Source: an uncultured Candidatus Saccharibacteria bacterium | GTDB lineage: Bacteria > Patescibacteriota > Minisyncoccia > Phycocordibacterales > UBA918 | Assembly (NCBI GenBank): GCA_964402035.1 | Contig: CAYOAM010000003.1 | Location: 86,480-150,479 of the forward strand | DNA: 64,000 nt | Direction: 5' to 3' | Shown: piece by piece, positions 37,936-47,524 of the stretch | How positions within the stretch are numbered: the first letter of the stretch is position 1 | Layout: every line of letters starts with the position of its first letter | Notes under the pieces: generated by a model | What the model was told of the DNA's origin: nothing | What the model saw: only the letters and a program-made list of their open reading frames with translations | Databases searched by the model: none | Made by a program: the position numbers and the translations under genes

Positions 37936-37954
37936 TGTTTCGATGTTACGGTGA

Positions 37955-38449
37955 TTATACAGCTGGAGTCGTTGTCGGAGTCGTAGGATTTACGAGTACA
38001 CACCCTGCGGTAATCTGTGCCCCTGAAAAACTCTGAGTCGGACCTGCGCCGGTATTGTAACTAAACGATTGTACGGAACTTGGCATGGTCGTTATGATTT
38101 GCCCGCCACCAGGAAATGTACAGACATAATGCGCACCAGTCGGACGCTGGATAACGCGGCGGGTCCCGGCGGCGACTGCGGCATCCTGCCCATCCGGCGT
38201 TTCTGCATCGACATATGACAAACTATCTTCATACACCATTTCAGCATCATCATAGACACCTTCATCAACATATGCGACATCATCTTCATACAGTGCACTC
38301 TCTGCAACCATAGACTTGAGTTGTTGTGCCTGCGTTGATAGCACGGACACACTACCACCCGTCGCAATAACTTGTCCAAGTGAAAAAGTGCTGATGGCAA
38401 ACGCTGCAATCGTGAGAACAGTTACTGGCATATTGTACTTTTCATCCAT
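37955..38449 (-). CDS. Small secreted/membrane-anchored protein, paralog 1 (with acidic Tyr-rich insertion)
   Basis: MDEKYNMPVTVLTIAAFAISTFSLGQVI... It shares the N-terminal signal-anchor and the C-terminal two-Cys domain VCTFPGGGQIITTMPSSVQSFSYNTGAGPTQSF...GC with 38611..38949 and 39114..39446. Start at internal Met. Confidence 0.55.
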   Translation of the reverse strand: MDEKYNMPVTVLTIAAFAISTFSLGQVIATGGSVSVLSTQAQQLKSMVAESALYEDDVAYVDEGVYDDAEMVYEDSLSYVDAETPDGQDAAVAAGTRRVIQRPTGAHYVCTFPGGGQIITTMPSSVQSFSYNTGAGPTQSFSGAQITAGCVLVNPTTPTTTPAV

Positions 38450-38552
38450 GTAAATTCTTTTGAGATCTGATAACACTACTACATAAAAACAATAGCATGC
38501 GACATACCCACGAACAATCGATGTCGTGCACAAGTAGCGATCACAACCAGTG

Positions 38553-38585
38553 TACGAAAAATCCGCATGGTGGCGGATTTTCATG
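38553..38585 (-). terminator. Terminator after paralog 2
   Basis: AAAATCCGC...GCGGATTTT hairpin. Confidence 0.5.
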
Positions 38586-38610
38586 TGCACATTGTGAAGC
38601 TAGTTTCTGC

Positions 38611-38949
38611 TTAGTAAGGAACGCAGGTTGGAGCAATTTGACCTCCATTGAACGTTTCTGTTGGACCGCTTCCCGTATTGTAGCTCACTGTCTGTACTGC
38701 AGTTGGATGTGACGTAATTATAGTCATTTGTCCAATTTGACATTTGAACAGACCGGCTCCTGGTCGAGCTATTGAACTTCCTAAAATTGTCCTTCGTGCA
38801 ACTGCAGCATCTTGAGATATTGATTCCTGTGTTGCTGAAAGCACCTGGACACTTCCATTTACACCGATCACTTGACCGAGGGAAAAAGCGCTCACACCAA
38901 ATGCGACAACAGCGAGAATTGCAACCGATAGACTATACTTCTGATCCAT
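38611..38949 (-). CDS. Small secreted protein, paralog 2
   Basis: MDQKYSLSVAILAVVAFGVSAFSLGQVIGVNGSVQVLSATQESISQDAAVA...KCQIGQMTIITSHPTAVQTVSYNTGSGPTETF...CVPY. Confidence 0.55.
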   Translation of the reverse strand: MDQKYSLSVAILAVVAFGVSAFSLGQVIGVNGSVQVLSATQESISQDAAVARRTILGSSIARPGAGLFKCQIGQMTIITSHPTAVQTVSYNTGSGPTETFNGGQIAPTCVPY

Positions 38950-39062
38950 ATGTTTAAATAAGAGAACTAATAAGTCCACTACACATAAAAACAATAGCAT
39001 GGGTCTAGACCTGCAACAATTGGGCATAGTGCATAGGTAGGAAATGTAAAAATTATTGAAGT

Positions 39063-39094
39063 ATAAAAAATCCGCCTAATGGCGGATTTTTTAT
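39063..39094 (-). terminator. Terminator after paralog 3
   Basis: AAAATCCGCC-TAAT-GGCGGATTTT, near-identical to the 38553 hairpin. Confidence 0.5.
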
Positions 39095-39113
39095 ACAGAC
39101 CTTTTGTCTAGAC

Positions 39114-39446
39114 TTAGATGGCTACGCAGGTCGGCGTCACTTGGCTTCCTGTGAAAGTCTGTGTCGCTCCACTTCCTGTATTGTAGCTCACGGTCTGTAC
39201 TGCAGTTGGATGTGACGTAACAATCGTCATCTGCCCTACTGTACATCGATAAAAACCAGCATTTGCGGGTGGTACAAAAACAGCACGCTGACGTGCAACA
39301 GCGGCATCTTGTGATATTGATTCTTGTGTTGCTGAAAGCACCTGGACGCTTCCGTTGACACCGATCACCTGACCGAGTGAAAACGTACTGACCCCAAATG
39401 CGACAACAGCGAGAATTGCAACGGATAGACTATACTTCTGATCCAT
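39114..39446 (-). CDS. Small secreted protein, paralog 3
   Basis: First 52 aa are 51/52 identical to paralog 2; divergent middle; conserved C-terminal RCTVGQMTIVTSHPTAVQTVSYNTGSGATQTF...CVAI. Confidence 0.55.
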   Translation of the reverse strand: MDQKYSLSVAILAVVAFGVSTFSLGQVIGVNGSVQVLSATQESISQDAAVARQRAVFVPPANAGFYRCTVGQMTIVTSHPTAVQTVSYNTGSGATQTFTGSQVTPTCVAI

Positions 39447-39540
39447 ATGTTTAAATAAGAACTAATAAGTCCACTACACATAAAAACAATAGCATGGGTT
39501 ACCTTGTGTATCCATCGGGTATGGTGCATAACTTCGAACG

Positions 39541-39582
39541 AAAAAGCCCGCGGAGACAAATGTCTCCGCGGGCTTTTTCTAC
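39541..39582. terminator. Terminator after fusA (bidirectional hairpin)
   Basis: AGCCCGCGGAGACA-AA-TGTCTCCGCGGGCT with T-runs on both sides. Confidence 0.65.
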
Positions 39583-39600
39583 CTTCTCACGCTTCGCTAA

Positions 39601-41748
39601 TTACGCGCGCGCCGCCTTAATCTCTGCTGCTACGTTACCAGGCACAACCTCGTAGTGGTCAAACTCCATAGTCATCGACGCACGCCCTTCAGTCATTGAT
39701 CGGAGAGTGGTCGTATACCCGAACATCTCTGAAAGTGGTACTTTCGCTGTGATGACGCGCACCATATCGCGGTCATCCATACTCTCGATCATTCCACGCT
39801 TACTTGAGATATTTCCCGTAATGTCACCCATGAACTGTTCAGGTGTTGTTACTTCAATCTTCATAATCGGCTCCAGAATCACTGGATCAGCCTTTTCTGC
39901 CGCTTCCTTAAAGGCGTGAATACCCGCAAGACGGAACGCAATTTCACTTGAGTCCACATCGTGATAGCTACCATCGTAGAGCTCAACTGAGACATCTTCC
40001 ATCTTGTATCCCGCAACAAAACCGCGTTCCATTGCCTCCTTAACCCCCTTTTGTACTGCAGGGATAAATTCTCCGGGGATGGCACCTCCCTTGATAGCAT
40101 TAACAAACTCAAAGTGATCTTCGCGGTGTATGTTCTTTTGGAGTTTTGCTCCCTCTTCAAGCGGTTGCATGGGGCGAATACGAATCTTCACGTGACCATA
40201 CTGACCCTTTCCACCTGACTGCTTTACATACTTATGTTCTGCTTCGGCTGCGCGACGGATCGTCTCACGATACGCAACCTGTGGCTTCCCTGTATCTGCC
40301 GTCACTCCAAACTCTCGTTTCATGCGATCAACCAAGATCTCAAGGTGAAGTTCACCCATCCCTGAAATAATGGTTTCCATTGTTTCAGGATCCGTTGACA
40401 CACGGAAGGTTGGATCTTCATCAGAAAGCTTCTTAAGCGCCATACCCATTTTTTCCTGGTCATTCTTGGTCTTTGGTTCAATACGCATCGCAACCACCGG
40501 CTCAGGAAATACAATCTGCTCAAGTACGATTGGTTTGGTTTCGTCACAGAGTGTGTGTGATGTACGCGTATCTTTGAGTCCCACTGCAGCAGCAATCTCT
40601 CCAGCAAACACCTCTTCAATCTCTTCACGTTTATCAGCCTGGAGTCGCACGATACGTCCCAAGCGCTCTCGTGAACCAGTCGTAGAGTTATAAATATAAC
40701 TTCCAGCTTTCACGACACCCGAATAGACACGGAAGAATGTAAGTTGTCCCACAAATGGGTCAGTTTGAAGCTTAAACGCCAACGCACAGAATGGCTCGCT
40801 ATCGAGCGGCTTACGAATCTCTTCGGCTTCAGTGTTTGGATTCGTACCCTTAACCGGCGCAAGCTCTGCTGGAGAAGGAAGGAAATCAACCACAGCATCG
40901 AGGACGAGTTGCACACCCTTGTTCTTGAGCGCAGAACCCGTCATGACGGGGAAAATCATATTTCCAATAACTGCTTTTCGAAGTGTTGCACGAATCTGAT
41001 CGTTTGTTGGTTCGTTTCCTTCGAGGTATGCCGTCATCAACGCATCATCATGCTCGACAATCTTTTCAATCATCTCACCTCGAGCCTTTTCAGCCTCAGC
41101 TTTAAGTTCATCTGGGATATCATACTCAATAACTTGCATACCCATCTCTCCTTCAAACTTGAACGCCTTCATCTTGATAAGGTCAATAACTCCCGCAAAA
41201 TCACCCTCAGCTCCAATCGGAAGCTGAATACGTACAGCCTTCTTTGAAAGACGCTTGAGAATACTCTCGTATGATCGTTCAAATGATGCTCCCGTGCGAT
41301 CCATTTTGTTGATGAAACAGATACGAGGTACTTTCGCCTCATCCGCATAGCGCCAGTTGGTCTCACTCTGCGGCTCCACACCCGCAACTCCATCAAAAAC
41401 GACGATAGCGCCATCGAGTACGCGCATCGAACGCTTTACCTCAGCCGTAAAGTCAATGTGACCAGGAGTATCGATGATGTTGAAGGTAAACTTCTTCGCC
41501 ATATCGTTGCGGTCTGTTTCCTCTGACTTTGTCCAGTTGCAGGAAATAGCCGCCGCCGTAATCGTGATACCACGCTCACGCTCTTGTTCCATCCAGTCAG
41601 TCACAGTCGCGCCATCGTGCACTTCCCCGATTTTGTGGGACATACCCGTATAAAAGAGCACACGCTCAGATGTTGTGGTCTTGCCCGCGTCAATGTGGGC
41701 GATGATGCCGAAGTTACGTACTTTTTCTAGAGGAAATGCTCGAGCCAT
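39601..41748 (-). CDS. fusA: Elongation factor G
   Basis: [23 protein letters not shown] and full five-domain EF-G conservation; 715 aa. Confidence 0.95.
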   Translation of the reverse strand: MARAFPLEKVRNFGIIAHIDAGKTTTSERVLFYTGMSHKIGEVHDGATVTDWMEQERERGITITAAAISCNWTKSEETDRNDMAKKFTFNIIDTPGHIDFTAEVKRSMRVLDGAIVVFDGVAGVEPQSETNWRYADEAKVPRICFINKMDRTGASFERSYESILKRLSKKAVRIQLPIGAEGDFAGVIDLIKMKAFKFEGEMGMQVIEYDIPDELKAEAEKARGEMIEKIVEHDDALMTAYLEGNEPTNDQIRATLRKAVIGNMIFPVMTGSALKNKGVQLVLDAVVDFLPSPAELAPVKGTNPNTEAEEIRKPLDSEPFCALAFKLQTDPFVGQLTFFRVYSGVVKAGSYIYNSTTGSRERLGRIVRLQADKREEIEEVFAGEIAAAVGLKDTRTSHTLCDETKPIVLEQIVFPEPVVAMRIEPKTKNDQEKMGMALKKLSDEDPTFRVSTDPETMETIISGMGELHLEILVDRMKREFGVTADTGKPQVAYRETIRRAAEAEHKYVKQSGGKGQYGHVKIRIRPMQPLEEGAKLQKNIHREDHFEFVNAIKGGAIPGEFIPAVQKGVKEAMERGFVAGYKMEDVSVELYDGSYHDVDSSEIAFRLAGIHAFKEAAEKADPVILEPIMKIEVTTPEQFMGDITGNISSKRGMIESMDDRDMVRVITAKVPLSEMFGYTTTLRSMTEGRASMTMEFDHYEVVPGNVAAEIKAARA

Positions 41749-41783
41749 AAACGATAAAAATCAAATAATAAATGAATAAAAGC

Positions 41784-41820
41784 TAAAAAAATCCTGCGGC
41801 TGTGAGGCAGGATGTTTTTA
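41784..41820. promoter_or_regulatory. Terminator-like hairpin in the fusA 5' leader / divergent intergenic region
   Basis: A-run, ATCCTGC-GGCTGTGAG-GCAGGAT, then GTTTTTA, lying 40-70 nt upstream of the fusA start codon. Confidence 0.35.
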
Positions 41821-41888
41821 ACCTAACAGTGCGAACACTATATACTAAAGCTGTCTAGGCTGCAACGAAAATAGCCTATAATGATGCT

Positions 41889-42902
41889 ATGCTCCGATAT
41901 AACACATTTCTGATACTCCTAAGCATTCTTCTATTACCCACGACAGGCTTTGCCGAAGAAATCAATGCTGGCTTCGTGCAGGGACTATGGTACTCGGCTC
42001 GCAACGTATTTGTTGATACACCAGTCCGTATATACGTGGCAGTACGCAATAACAGTGAAAAAGATCTCTCAGGAACCGTTGTGTTTTCTGACAATGGGGC
42101 ACGGGTTGGCACCTTGAGCGTGAATGCGCTCCCTGGCCGCATCGTTGAAGCATGGGCTGACTGGAAACCGCTCTATGGGAATCACAAAATTGTTGCGACG
42201 TTTATTGATACGCGAATACTAAACGTCGGCACTACGTCTGAGCGCATCGACGTTGAAAGCACCCTTGCTGAAGATACTATTTTTGTTGACTATGACACCG
42301 ACAACGACGGGTCCGGGAACACGACTGACACGGATGATGACAATGACACCGTATCGGATGAGGATGAGAAGAAACAGCAGAGCGATCCTTTAGTTCCCAA
42401 TCATAAAAAAGAGGTCCTGACAGAAGCGGTGCAAACTCCTACAAACAGCACTTCGACGGAAGAAGAGGCTCCTATAGTACCAGCCGAGCAGACCCAACGC
42501 CTACCCCAAGGACTTGAACGCTATTTTGCCGACAGCGGAAGAATCGACTCCGTTCTGAAACAAACGACGAATAAGATCGAGCAAACAAAGAGCGCAATCG
42601 ACGAATATCGTACCAAGAGGTCTCACTCAAGCGCGAGCACCGGCTCCTCAATCGGGTCAAGCACAATAACAAATACGAGCCAAACAGATGATGGTACTCA
42701 AAAAAGTGGAACGGGAATCTTTGCAATGATGATCGATGGCCTCAGCAGTATTGTGTCAGGCGCCTATACCCTTATCCTCTGGCTACTATCACATCTTTTT
42801 GCAAATCCAATAGTTGTGCAGGTTCTACTACTGTTTCTGATCCCATATGTTTTGGTTAAAATAGCACGAAGAATGTCGCGTCGCCCTGATGGGTTTACAT
42901 AA
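41889..42902 (+). CDS. Secreted protein with CARDB-like beta-sandwich domain, acidic low-complexity region and C-terminal TM anchor
   Basis: Signal peptide MLRYNTFLILLSILLLPTTGFA. VRIYVAVRNNSEKDLSGTVVFSDNGARVGT resembles CARDB. Then DYDTDNDGSGNTTDTDDDNDTVSDEDE, and a C-terminal hydrophobic helix. Confidence 0.45.
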   Translation: MLRYNTFLILLSILLLPTTGFAEEINAGFVQGLWYSARNVFVDTPVRIYVAVRNNSEKDLSGTVVFSDNGARVGTLSVNALPGRIVEAWADWKPLYGNHKIVATFIDTRILNVGTTSERIDVESTLAEDTIFVDYDTDNDGSGNTTDTDDDNDTVSDEDEKKQQSDPLVPNHKKEVLTEAVQTPTNSTSTEEEAPIVPAEQTQRLPQGLERYFADSGRIDSVLKQTTNKIEQTKSAIDEYRTKRSHSSASTGSSIGSSTITNTSQTDDGTQKSGTGIFAMMIDGLSSIVSGAYTLILWLLSHLFANPIVVQVLLLFLIPYVLVKIARRMSRRPDGFT

Positions 42903-42904
42903 AA

Positions 42905-42945
42905 AACCACTATCATGTACGTACATGATAGTGGTTCACGTTTTT
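42905..42945. terminator. Bidirectional terminator with perfect 32-bp palindrome
   Basis: AACCACTATCATGTAC|GTACATGATAGTGGTT followed by CACGTTTTT, between convergent genes. Confidence 0.65.
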
Positions 42946-42956
42946 AGAGCTACACG

Positions 42957-43382
42957 CTACGACTGTATAAAAATTACAGCTTCTAGGTGTGTATTTCCGC
43001 CCTTAAGGCTCTGAACTACAAGGCGAAGTCGAGTAAATCCCTCTGCCGATTTCTCAGGCAACTCTTCAAACTTCACTTTTACGACACCGCGACTACACCA
43101 CACAGGTCTGCGGATCCGCGAACTCTCAATACCGCAAAAGAGCTTCCCTGGATACAACGCGCACACAGGACCAGCTGCTGCGGTGTTGAGAATCAATGCT
43201 CCCGGCACTATGGCTCTTTGGTTTATTTCTATGTCATGGAGCTCATAGTTTGTGTCACCAACATTGAGCATGTGATGTCGAATTTGCTCTCTAGAGAACT
43301 CCAAAATGATCGCCTGTGGCTCTTCAGGAATCTTCCTGATAGTCGCATGCCAATCTTCTCGTCCCGCAGAAATAGTATCCAC
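42957..43382 (-). CDS. Hotdog-fold protein resembling FabZ/FabA dehydratase (possible non-canonical active site)
   Basis: IVPGALILNTAAAGPVCAL and FCGIESSRIRRPVWCSRGVVKVKFEEL align with FabZ [20 protein letters not shown] and [27 protein letters not shown]. The position of the FabZ catalytic Glu is Asn here. Confidence 0.4.
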   Translation of the reverse strand: MDTISAGREDWHATIRKIPEEPQAIILEFSREQIRHHMLNVGDTNYELHDIEINQRAIVPGALILNTAAAGPVCALYPGKLFCGIESSRIRRPVWCSRGVVKVKFEELPEKSAEGFTRLRLVVQSLKGGNTHLEAVIFIQS

Positions 43383-43490
43383 AATATCCTCCCTATGCGT
43401 TCGTACATGAATGACAAATTCATTCCATAGCGCATTAAATACTCTTATCTTGGAGAAGTCAAAAAAGCCAACCTTTCGGTTGGCATAATA

Positions 43491-44048
43491 TTATTTCGAG
43501 ATAGCTAGGACGCCACCCGAGTAGGTCATTGTTCCTCTAGGAACCCATTTATTACTCTCCTCACCGCCACCGACGTTTTTGTATAGATTGGCAGTACCAG
43601 AAAACAGATAGAATGGGAAGCCCTGAAGAGGAGCTACGTGGCTATACTCACCATCTTTGTCACTACCACCAAATACCCCTTCAAACCTCCCCGCTTTGCT
43701 GGCACACACAAGTGCATGCCAAAGAAAACTATTTACATCCTCACTCAGAGGATAGGTATGCTGGTACGCACACTGCCACAATCTCTGTTGTGGCAAGTCA
43801 CCCCTCTTTACAAGATAGATGCTCACAAAGCCTCCGCCCTGGTAACACTTCCACCGTAGGCGCAACCGCCGATTACCTGTCTTTGAATATGAATCATGCA
43901 CACTTTCATTTCGTGTGATGAACGATAGTCGAACGCCGTTGCCCCCAAGGGATTTCTGCACATCATCAATCTGCTTTATTGACTGACAGAAGAATGCTTC
44001 CATTTCCTCCGCAGTGGGAACCTTGCTCATTGTCCCAGGATCAAACAT
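43491..44048 (-). CDS. Hypothetical protein (Gly/Tyr/Trp-rich), no family recognised
   Basis: 185 aa from the Met with AAGGAG SD (MFDPGTMSKVPTAEEMEAFF...). Lies between rpsG and the FabZ-like gene. Confidence 0.4.
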   Translation of the reverse strand: MFDPGTMSKVPTAEEMEAFFCQSIKQIDDVQKSLGGNGVRLSFITRNESVHDSYSKTGNRRLRLRWKCYQGGGFVSIYLVKRGDLPQQRLWQCAYQHTYPLSEDVNSFLWHALVCASKAGRFEGVFGGSDKDGEYSHVAPLQGFPFYLFSGTANLYKNVGGGEESNKWVPRGTMTYSGGVLAISK

Positions 44049-44104
44049 GACATATACTCCTTTTTCCAAACCCACTGCACACTACCTTATTTCACCCAAA
44101 ACAG

Positions 44105-44145
44105 CAAAAGCTCCCTTACGGGAGCTTTTGCTGTTTTATTTTTTT
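44105..44145. terminator. Terminator after rpsG
   Basis: AAAAGCTCCC-TTAC-GGGAGCTTTT followed by GCTGTTTTATTTTTTT. Confidence 0.6.
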
Positions 44146-44149
44146 ACTT

Positions 44150-44623
44150 CTACCAGGCAAAGTGCGCGAATGCGCGGTTCGCTTCGGCCATGCGGTGCGT
44201 ATCTTCCTTCTTCTTGACCGCTACCCCCTCTTCCTTTGCAGCTGACATAAGTTCTGCGGCGAGTGCTTCTGCCATTGGCTTTCCCTTGTGACCGCGAGCT
44301 GCAGCGATAATCCATCGGAGCGCAAGAGCAGTGCGGCGTTCTGGACGAACCTCTCGAGGAACCTGGTAGTTGGCACCTCCCACACGTCGTGAGCGGACTT
44401 CCATTTGCGGACCTGCGTTACGAATTGCCGTTTCCAAAATTTCAACCGGTGCTCCACCTCCCTCTTTTGCATCCTTGATAATCGCAAATGCGCTATGGAC
44501 GATAATGCGGGCAGTCGCCTTTTGTCCACGCTGCATGACATAGTTGATAAGGCGCGCAACATACACCGAGTTAAAAGTCTCGTCTGCCTTCAAGGCTGGT
44601 CGTCGTTTAATAGGTCGTCGCAT
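44150..44623 (-). CDS. rpsG: Ribosomal protein uS7
   Basis: 157 aa with INYVMQRGQKATARIIV and GANYQVPREVRPERR motifs. Confidence 0.9.
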   Translation of the reverse strand: MRRPIKRRPALKADETFNSVYVARLINYVMQRGQKATARIIVHSAFAIIKDAKEGGGAPVEILETAIRNAGPQMEVRSRRVGGANYQVPREVRPERRTALALRWIIAAARGHKGKPMAEALAAELMSAAKEEGVAVKKKEDTHRMAEANRAFAHFAW

Positions 44624-44649
44624 AAATAAATTGTATTGAAATTAGTGGT

Positions 44650-45057
44650 CTACTTTGGCTTCTTTGCTCCATAACGTGAACGGCCCATCATACGCTTTGC
44701 AACAGCAGTAGCATCATATTTTCCACGTACAATCGTGTACTGCACACCAATGTCCTTCACGCGACCTCCGCGAACAAGAACCACTGAGTGCTCCTGGAGC
44801 GTATGGCCGATACCAGGGATATAGGCGGTGATTTCCTGATGGTTGGTGAGACGAACGCGGGCAATCTTTCGAATAGCCGAGTTTGGCTTTCGAGGAGTCT
44901 TTGTCGTCACACGCGTACACACCCCTCGCTTGAATGGAGAATTGAAATAATTTGGCTGGTTTTTGAGGGTATTGAAACCGGTACTCAAAGCACCCGTCTT
45001 GCTTTTGCGGACGGAATTTTTACGCTTTTTGCGTGTGAGTTGATTGATGGTTGACAT
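44650..45057 (-). CDS. rpsL: Ribosomal protein uS12
   Basis: [18 protein letters not shown]...[35 protein letters not shown]. Confidence 0.9.
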   Translation of the reverse strand: MSTINQLTRKKRKNSVRKSKTGALSTGFNTLKNQPNYFNSPFKRGVCTRVTTKTPRKPNSAIRKIARVRLTNHQEITAYIPGIGHTLQEHSVVLVRGGRVKDIGVQYTIVRGKYDATAVAKRMMGRSRYGAKKPK

Positions 45058-45169
45058 TGTGAGTATGCGGCAAAATAAAAGGCCGTTGATACGGTGCGTG
45101 TACTGTACTATCTCCCTCTACTATTTGCAAGTACGACGACATTCTTCCCCTAACGGGGAGGGGTTAAAA

Positions 45170-45202
45170 ACACAGAAGATCTCCGAAGAGATCTTTTTTT
45201 GC
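45170..45202. terminator. Terminator between M50 peptidase gene and rpsL promoter region
   Basis: AAGATCTC-CGAA-GAGATCTT with a T-run on each side. Confidence 0.55.
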
Positions 45203-45354
45203 TATCATATAGATAGCGAGCGAAACGTCCATTGCAATCAATGGACCTGAAACTCATCTCGGTATAAAAATGACCGAGCACACGTGCTTTCCAAAAAGGA
45301 GAGCAAACAATCTATCCGTGATTATAACCTACTTTGTACCCGAAAACAACCACG

Positions 45355-45978
45355 CTATAACCCCGTCAACAAGCCATGAAAAGAAGCAACCAAGCCATAA
45401 AATGGGGCCCCGAAGTAGATTATGAACATGAAAAGAAAGATCATTCCAAAAATGCCGAGCTGCTCCCCAAACTGCTGATAGCGAACTTGGATATGTGCTG
45501 GCAAAAACGGTGCAATAACTTTTGATCCATCAGCGGGCGGAATCGGTATAAGGTTAAAAAAGGCGAGAAGAATATTGATATGGACTATTGCTGAAGCTAT
45601 TTCAATAAAAGGGGCTGCGAGGTCCATGCTGACGGCAAAACGCACACAGAGTGCAAAAACAAAGGCGATGATGAGATTGACTCCTGGACCCGCAAAACCG
45701 ACGAGTGCCTCACCCCACTTCTGATTTCGCAAGTTGTAGGGGTTATAGGGAACCGGCTTTGCATATCCAAAGAGCAGTGGCGATTGCGAAATGACCAAAA
45801 GGAGTGGGAGAATCACTGATCCTACAAGGTCAATATGAGAGATAGGATTGAGGGTCAATCGCCCGGCCAGGCGGGCGGTGGGGTCCCCAAGAAAATTTGC
45901 CATAAAACCATGCGCGACCTCGTGGATCACGATCGACATGATAAGTGCGGCTACAAGAAGAATAGTGCTCGGCTCCAT
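45355..45978 (-). CDS. M50-family (site-2 protease-like) membrane metallopeptidase
   Basis: HEVAHG zinc motif in a TM helix, a second motif around NLIPIPPADG, and multiple TM helices. Confidence 0.75.
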   Translation of the reverse strand: MEPSTILLVAALIMSIVIHEVAHGFMANFLGDPTARLAGRLTLNPISHIDLVGSVILPLLLVISQSPLLFGYAKPVPYNPYNLRNQKWGEALVGFAGPGVNLIIAFVFALCVRFAVSMDLAAPFIEIASAIVHINILLAFFNLIPIPPADGSKVIAPFLPAHIQVRYQQFGEQLGIFGMIFLFMFIIYFGAPFYGLVASFHGLLTGL

Positions 45979-46033
45979 ACTTGAAAAATATTGAATCTAT
46001 GATAGCATAGCGCGATACTAAACAGAAAAAACT

Positions 46034-46276
46034 ATGTCACGCATCTGCCAAATAACCGGAAAGAAATCCCAAATGGGAGGACGATACAGCAACCGCACTC
46101 GTGCGACACAGTTTAATCCGTGCGGAAAAGTTCGCCGAAGCCCAAATCTCCAGAAGAAGAAAATCTATGTGCCTGAACTTGGCAAGAGTGTATCAGTTTC
46201 TATTTCAACAAACGCAATCCGTACGATTGCAAAAAATGGTGCTTTTGCGACACTCAAAGCTGCTGGATTGATCTAA
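46034..46276 (+). CDS. rpmB: Ribosomal protein bL28
   Basis: MSRICQITGKKSQMGGRYSNRTRATQFNP... 80 aa and basic. Confidence 0.85.
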   Translation: MSRICQITGKKSQMGGRYSNRTRATQFNPCGKVRRSPNLQKKKIYVPELGKSVSVSISTNAIRTIAKNGAFATLKAAGLI

Positions 46277-46287
46277 GACATTCGAAG

Positions 46288-46328
46288 AAAAAGCGCCGAG
46301 TACCAATGGGTACTCGGCGCTTTTTCTG
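46288..46328. terminator. Strong bidirectional terminator
   Basis: GCGCCGAGTACC-AAT-GGGTACTCGGCGC followed by TTTTTCTG. Confidence 0.7.
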
Positions 46329-47204
46329 TTACCTCACTCGCGTAAGCGTCACGCCATCGCTCTCAAAAGCAATAGACCCTTCTTCTGCAGTATTCAAGAA
46401 CGGAATATTTCTCTCTTTCAAAAGATCAGTGACCTCTTTATGCGGGTGACCATACCGATTGTCTTTGCCCGCAGAGACAATTGCGTACTCTGGATGCACC
46501 GCATCGAGGAACACAGCACTCGAGGAAGTCCGTGATCCGTGATGTCCGAGCTTCAGTACGTCACTTTTAAGTACAGAAGGATCAAGAGATACTAAATACT
46601 CTTCAATATTTGTTGGTGAATCACCGGTTAGTAGAAATTCTGTTTCTCCATAGGTGAGCCGCGCCACGATCGATGAGGTATTGCTATCGAGCATAGTGGG
46701 ATCATGGTTAGGAAATAGTACCGTGAGCAATGTCCCGCCGCCGAGATCAAATGCCATACCCCTGCGCGCATTGATAATCTCGGATCCTTCGGTCACTTGA
46801 AAATTATCGACAGCGTCCGCAACAAAACTTTCTCCTTGATTTTCCGTACGGACAAACGTACCGACTTCATATCGTCGAAATACTTCGCTCATACCTCCCG
46901 CATGATCAGCATCTTCATGCGTCATCACGACCATATCGATTGTTCGATCCCAAAAGCCAAGTTCGCGAGAAAGTCTGCGTACTACGCGGCGACCAGGTCC
47001 CGCATCTACTAACACTTGCGCACCAGTGGGTGATTCTATAAAAATAGCGTCGCCTTGCCCAATGTCGAAGAATACGACACGAAGTTTTTCGGAAGCGGGT
47101 GCGCGATAAAAAGAGAGCGTCAGCGTAAAAATAGCGACAAGAGCGACTGTAAAAAGAATTGCGAGGCGAGCACGTTGTGTCAACCGTGCAACCGAATCAA
47201 ACAT
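46329..47204 (-). CDS. ComEC/Rec2-type metallo-beta-lactamase domain protein (stand-alone, membrane-anchored)
   Basis: FFDIGQGDAIFIESPTGAQVLVDAG, VMTHEDADHAGG and LKLGHHGSRTSSS match the C-terminal MBL domain of ComEC; N-terminal TM anchor. Confidence 0.7.
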   Translation of the reverse strand: MFDSVARLTQRARLAILFTVALVAIFTLTLSFYRAPASEKLRVVFFDIGQGDAIFIESPTGAQVLVDAGPGRRVVRRLSRELGFWDRTIDMVVMTHEDADHAGGMSEVFRRYEVGTFVRTENQGESFVADAVDNFQVTEGSEIINARRGMAFDLGGGTLLTVLFPNHDPTMLDSNTSSIVARLTYGETEFLLTGDSPTNIEEYLVSLDPSVLKSDVLKLGHHGSRTSSSAVFLDAVHPEYAIVSAGKDNRYGHPHKEVTDLLKERNIPFLNTAEEGSIAFESDGVTLTRVR

Positions 47205-47207
47205 ACT

Positions 47208-47420
47208 TTACCAGCAACCTTGAGCAAATTGAGCAAAACGATCCCCGTAACTTAAAATCTGTTCACCTTCCACATCTTTTTTAAACTTGTCGCAGCGAGT
47301 GTCGGTATTTGCATCACTGATCGTACCACCAAAATTCAGATTGGGATGCGAGGACTCATACATAAGAAAACCCCACACGACGAGCCCAATAAGGATGAGG
47401 TATCTGAGTGCCTTATTCAT
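47208..47420 (-). CDS. Small hypothetical secreted/membrane protein
   Basis: 71 aa from internal Met, MNKALRYLILIGLVVWGFLMY... Weak support. Confidence 0.3.
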   Translation of the reverse strand: MNKALRYLILIGLVVWGFLMYESSHPNLNFGGTISDANTDTRCDKFKKDVEGEQILSYGDRFAQFAQGCW

Positions 47421-47524
47421 ATATATGTATGATACGCCCCAACTACAAATACGCAATGCGCATGATCTATTATAAAAAAGAGGCGCATTCGTATGAGTGC
47501 GCCTGTTGATATAGTGACCATAAG

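Noticed and set aside
37640-39600. Possible CRISPR array or IS element suggested by the repeated about 500-bp units
   Set aside because: The repeats are whole-gene duplications with promoter and terminator, not short direct repeats with spacers. No cas genes or transposase are present.
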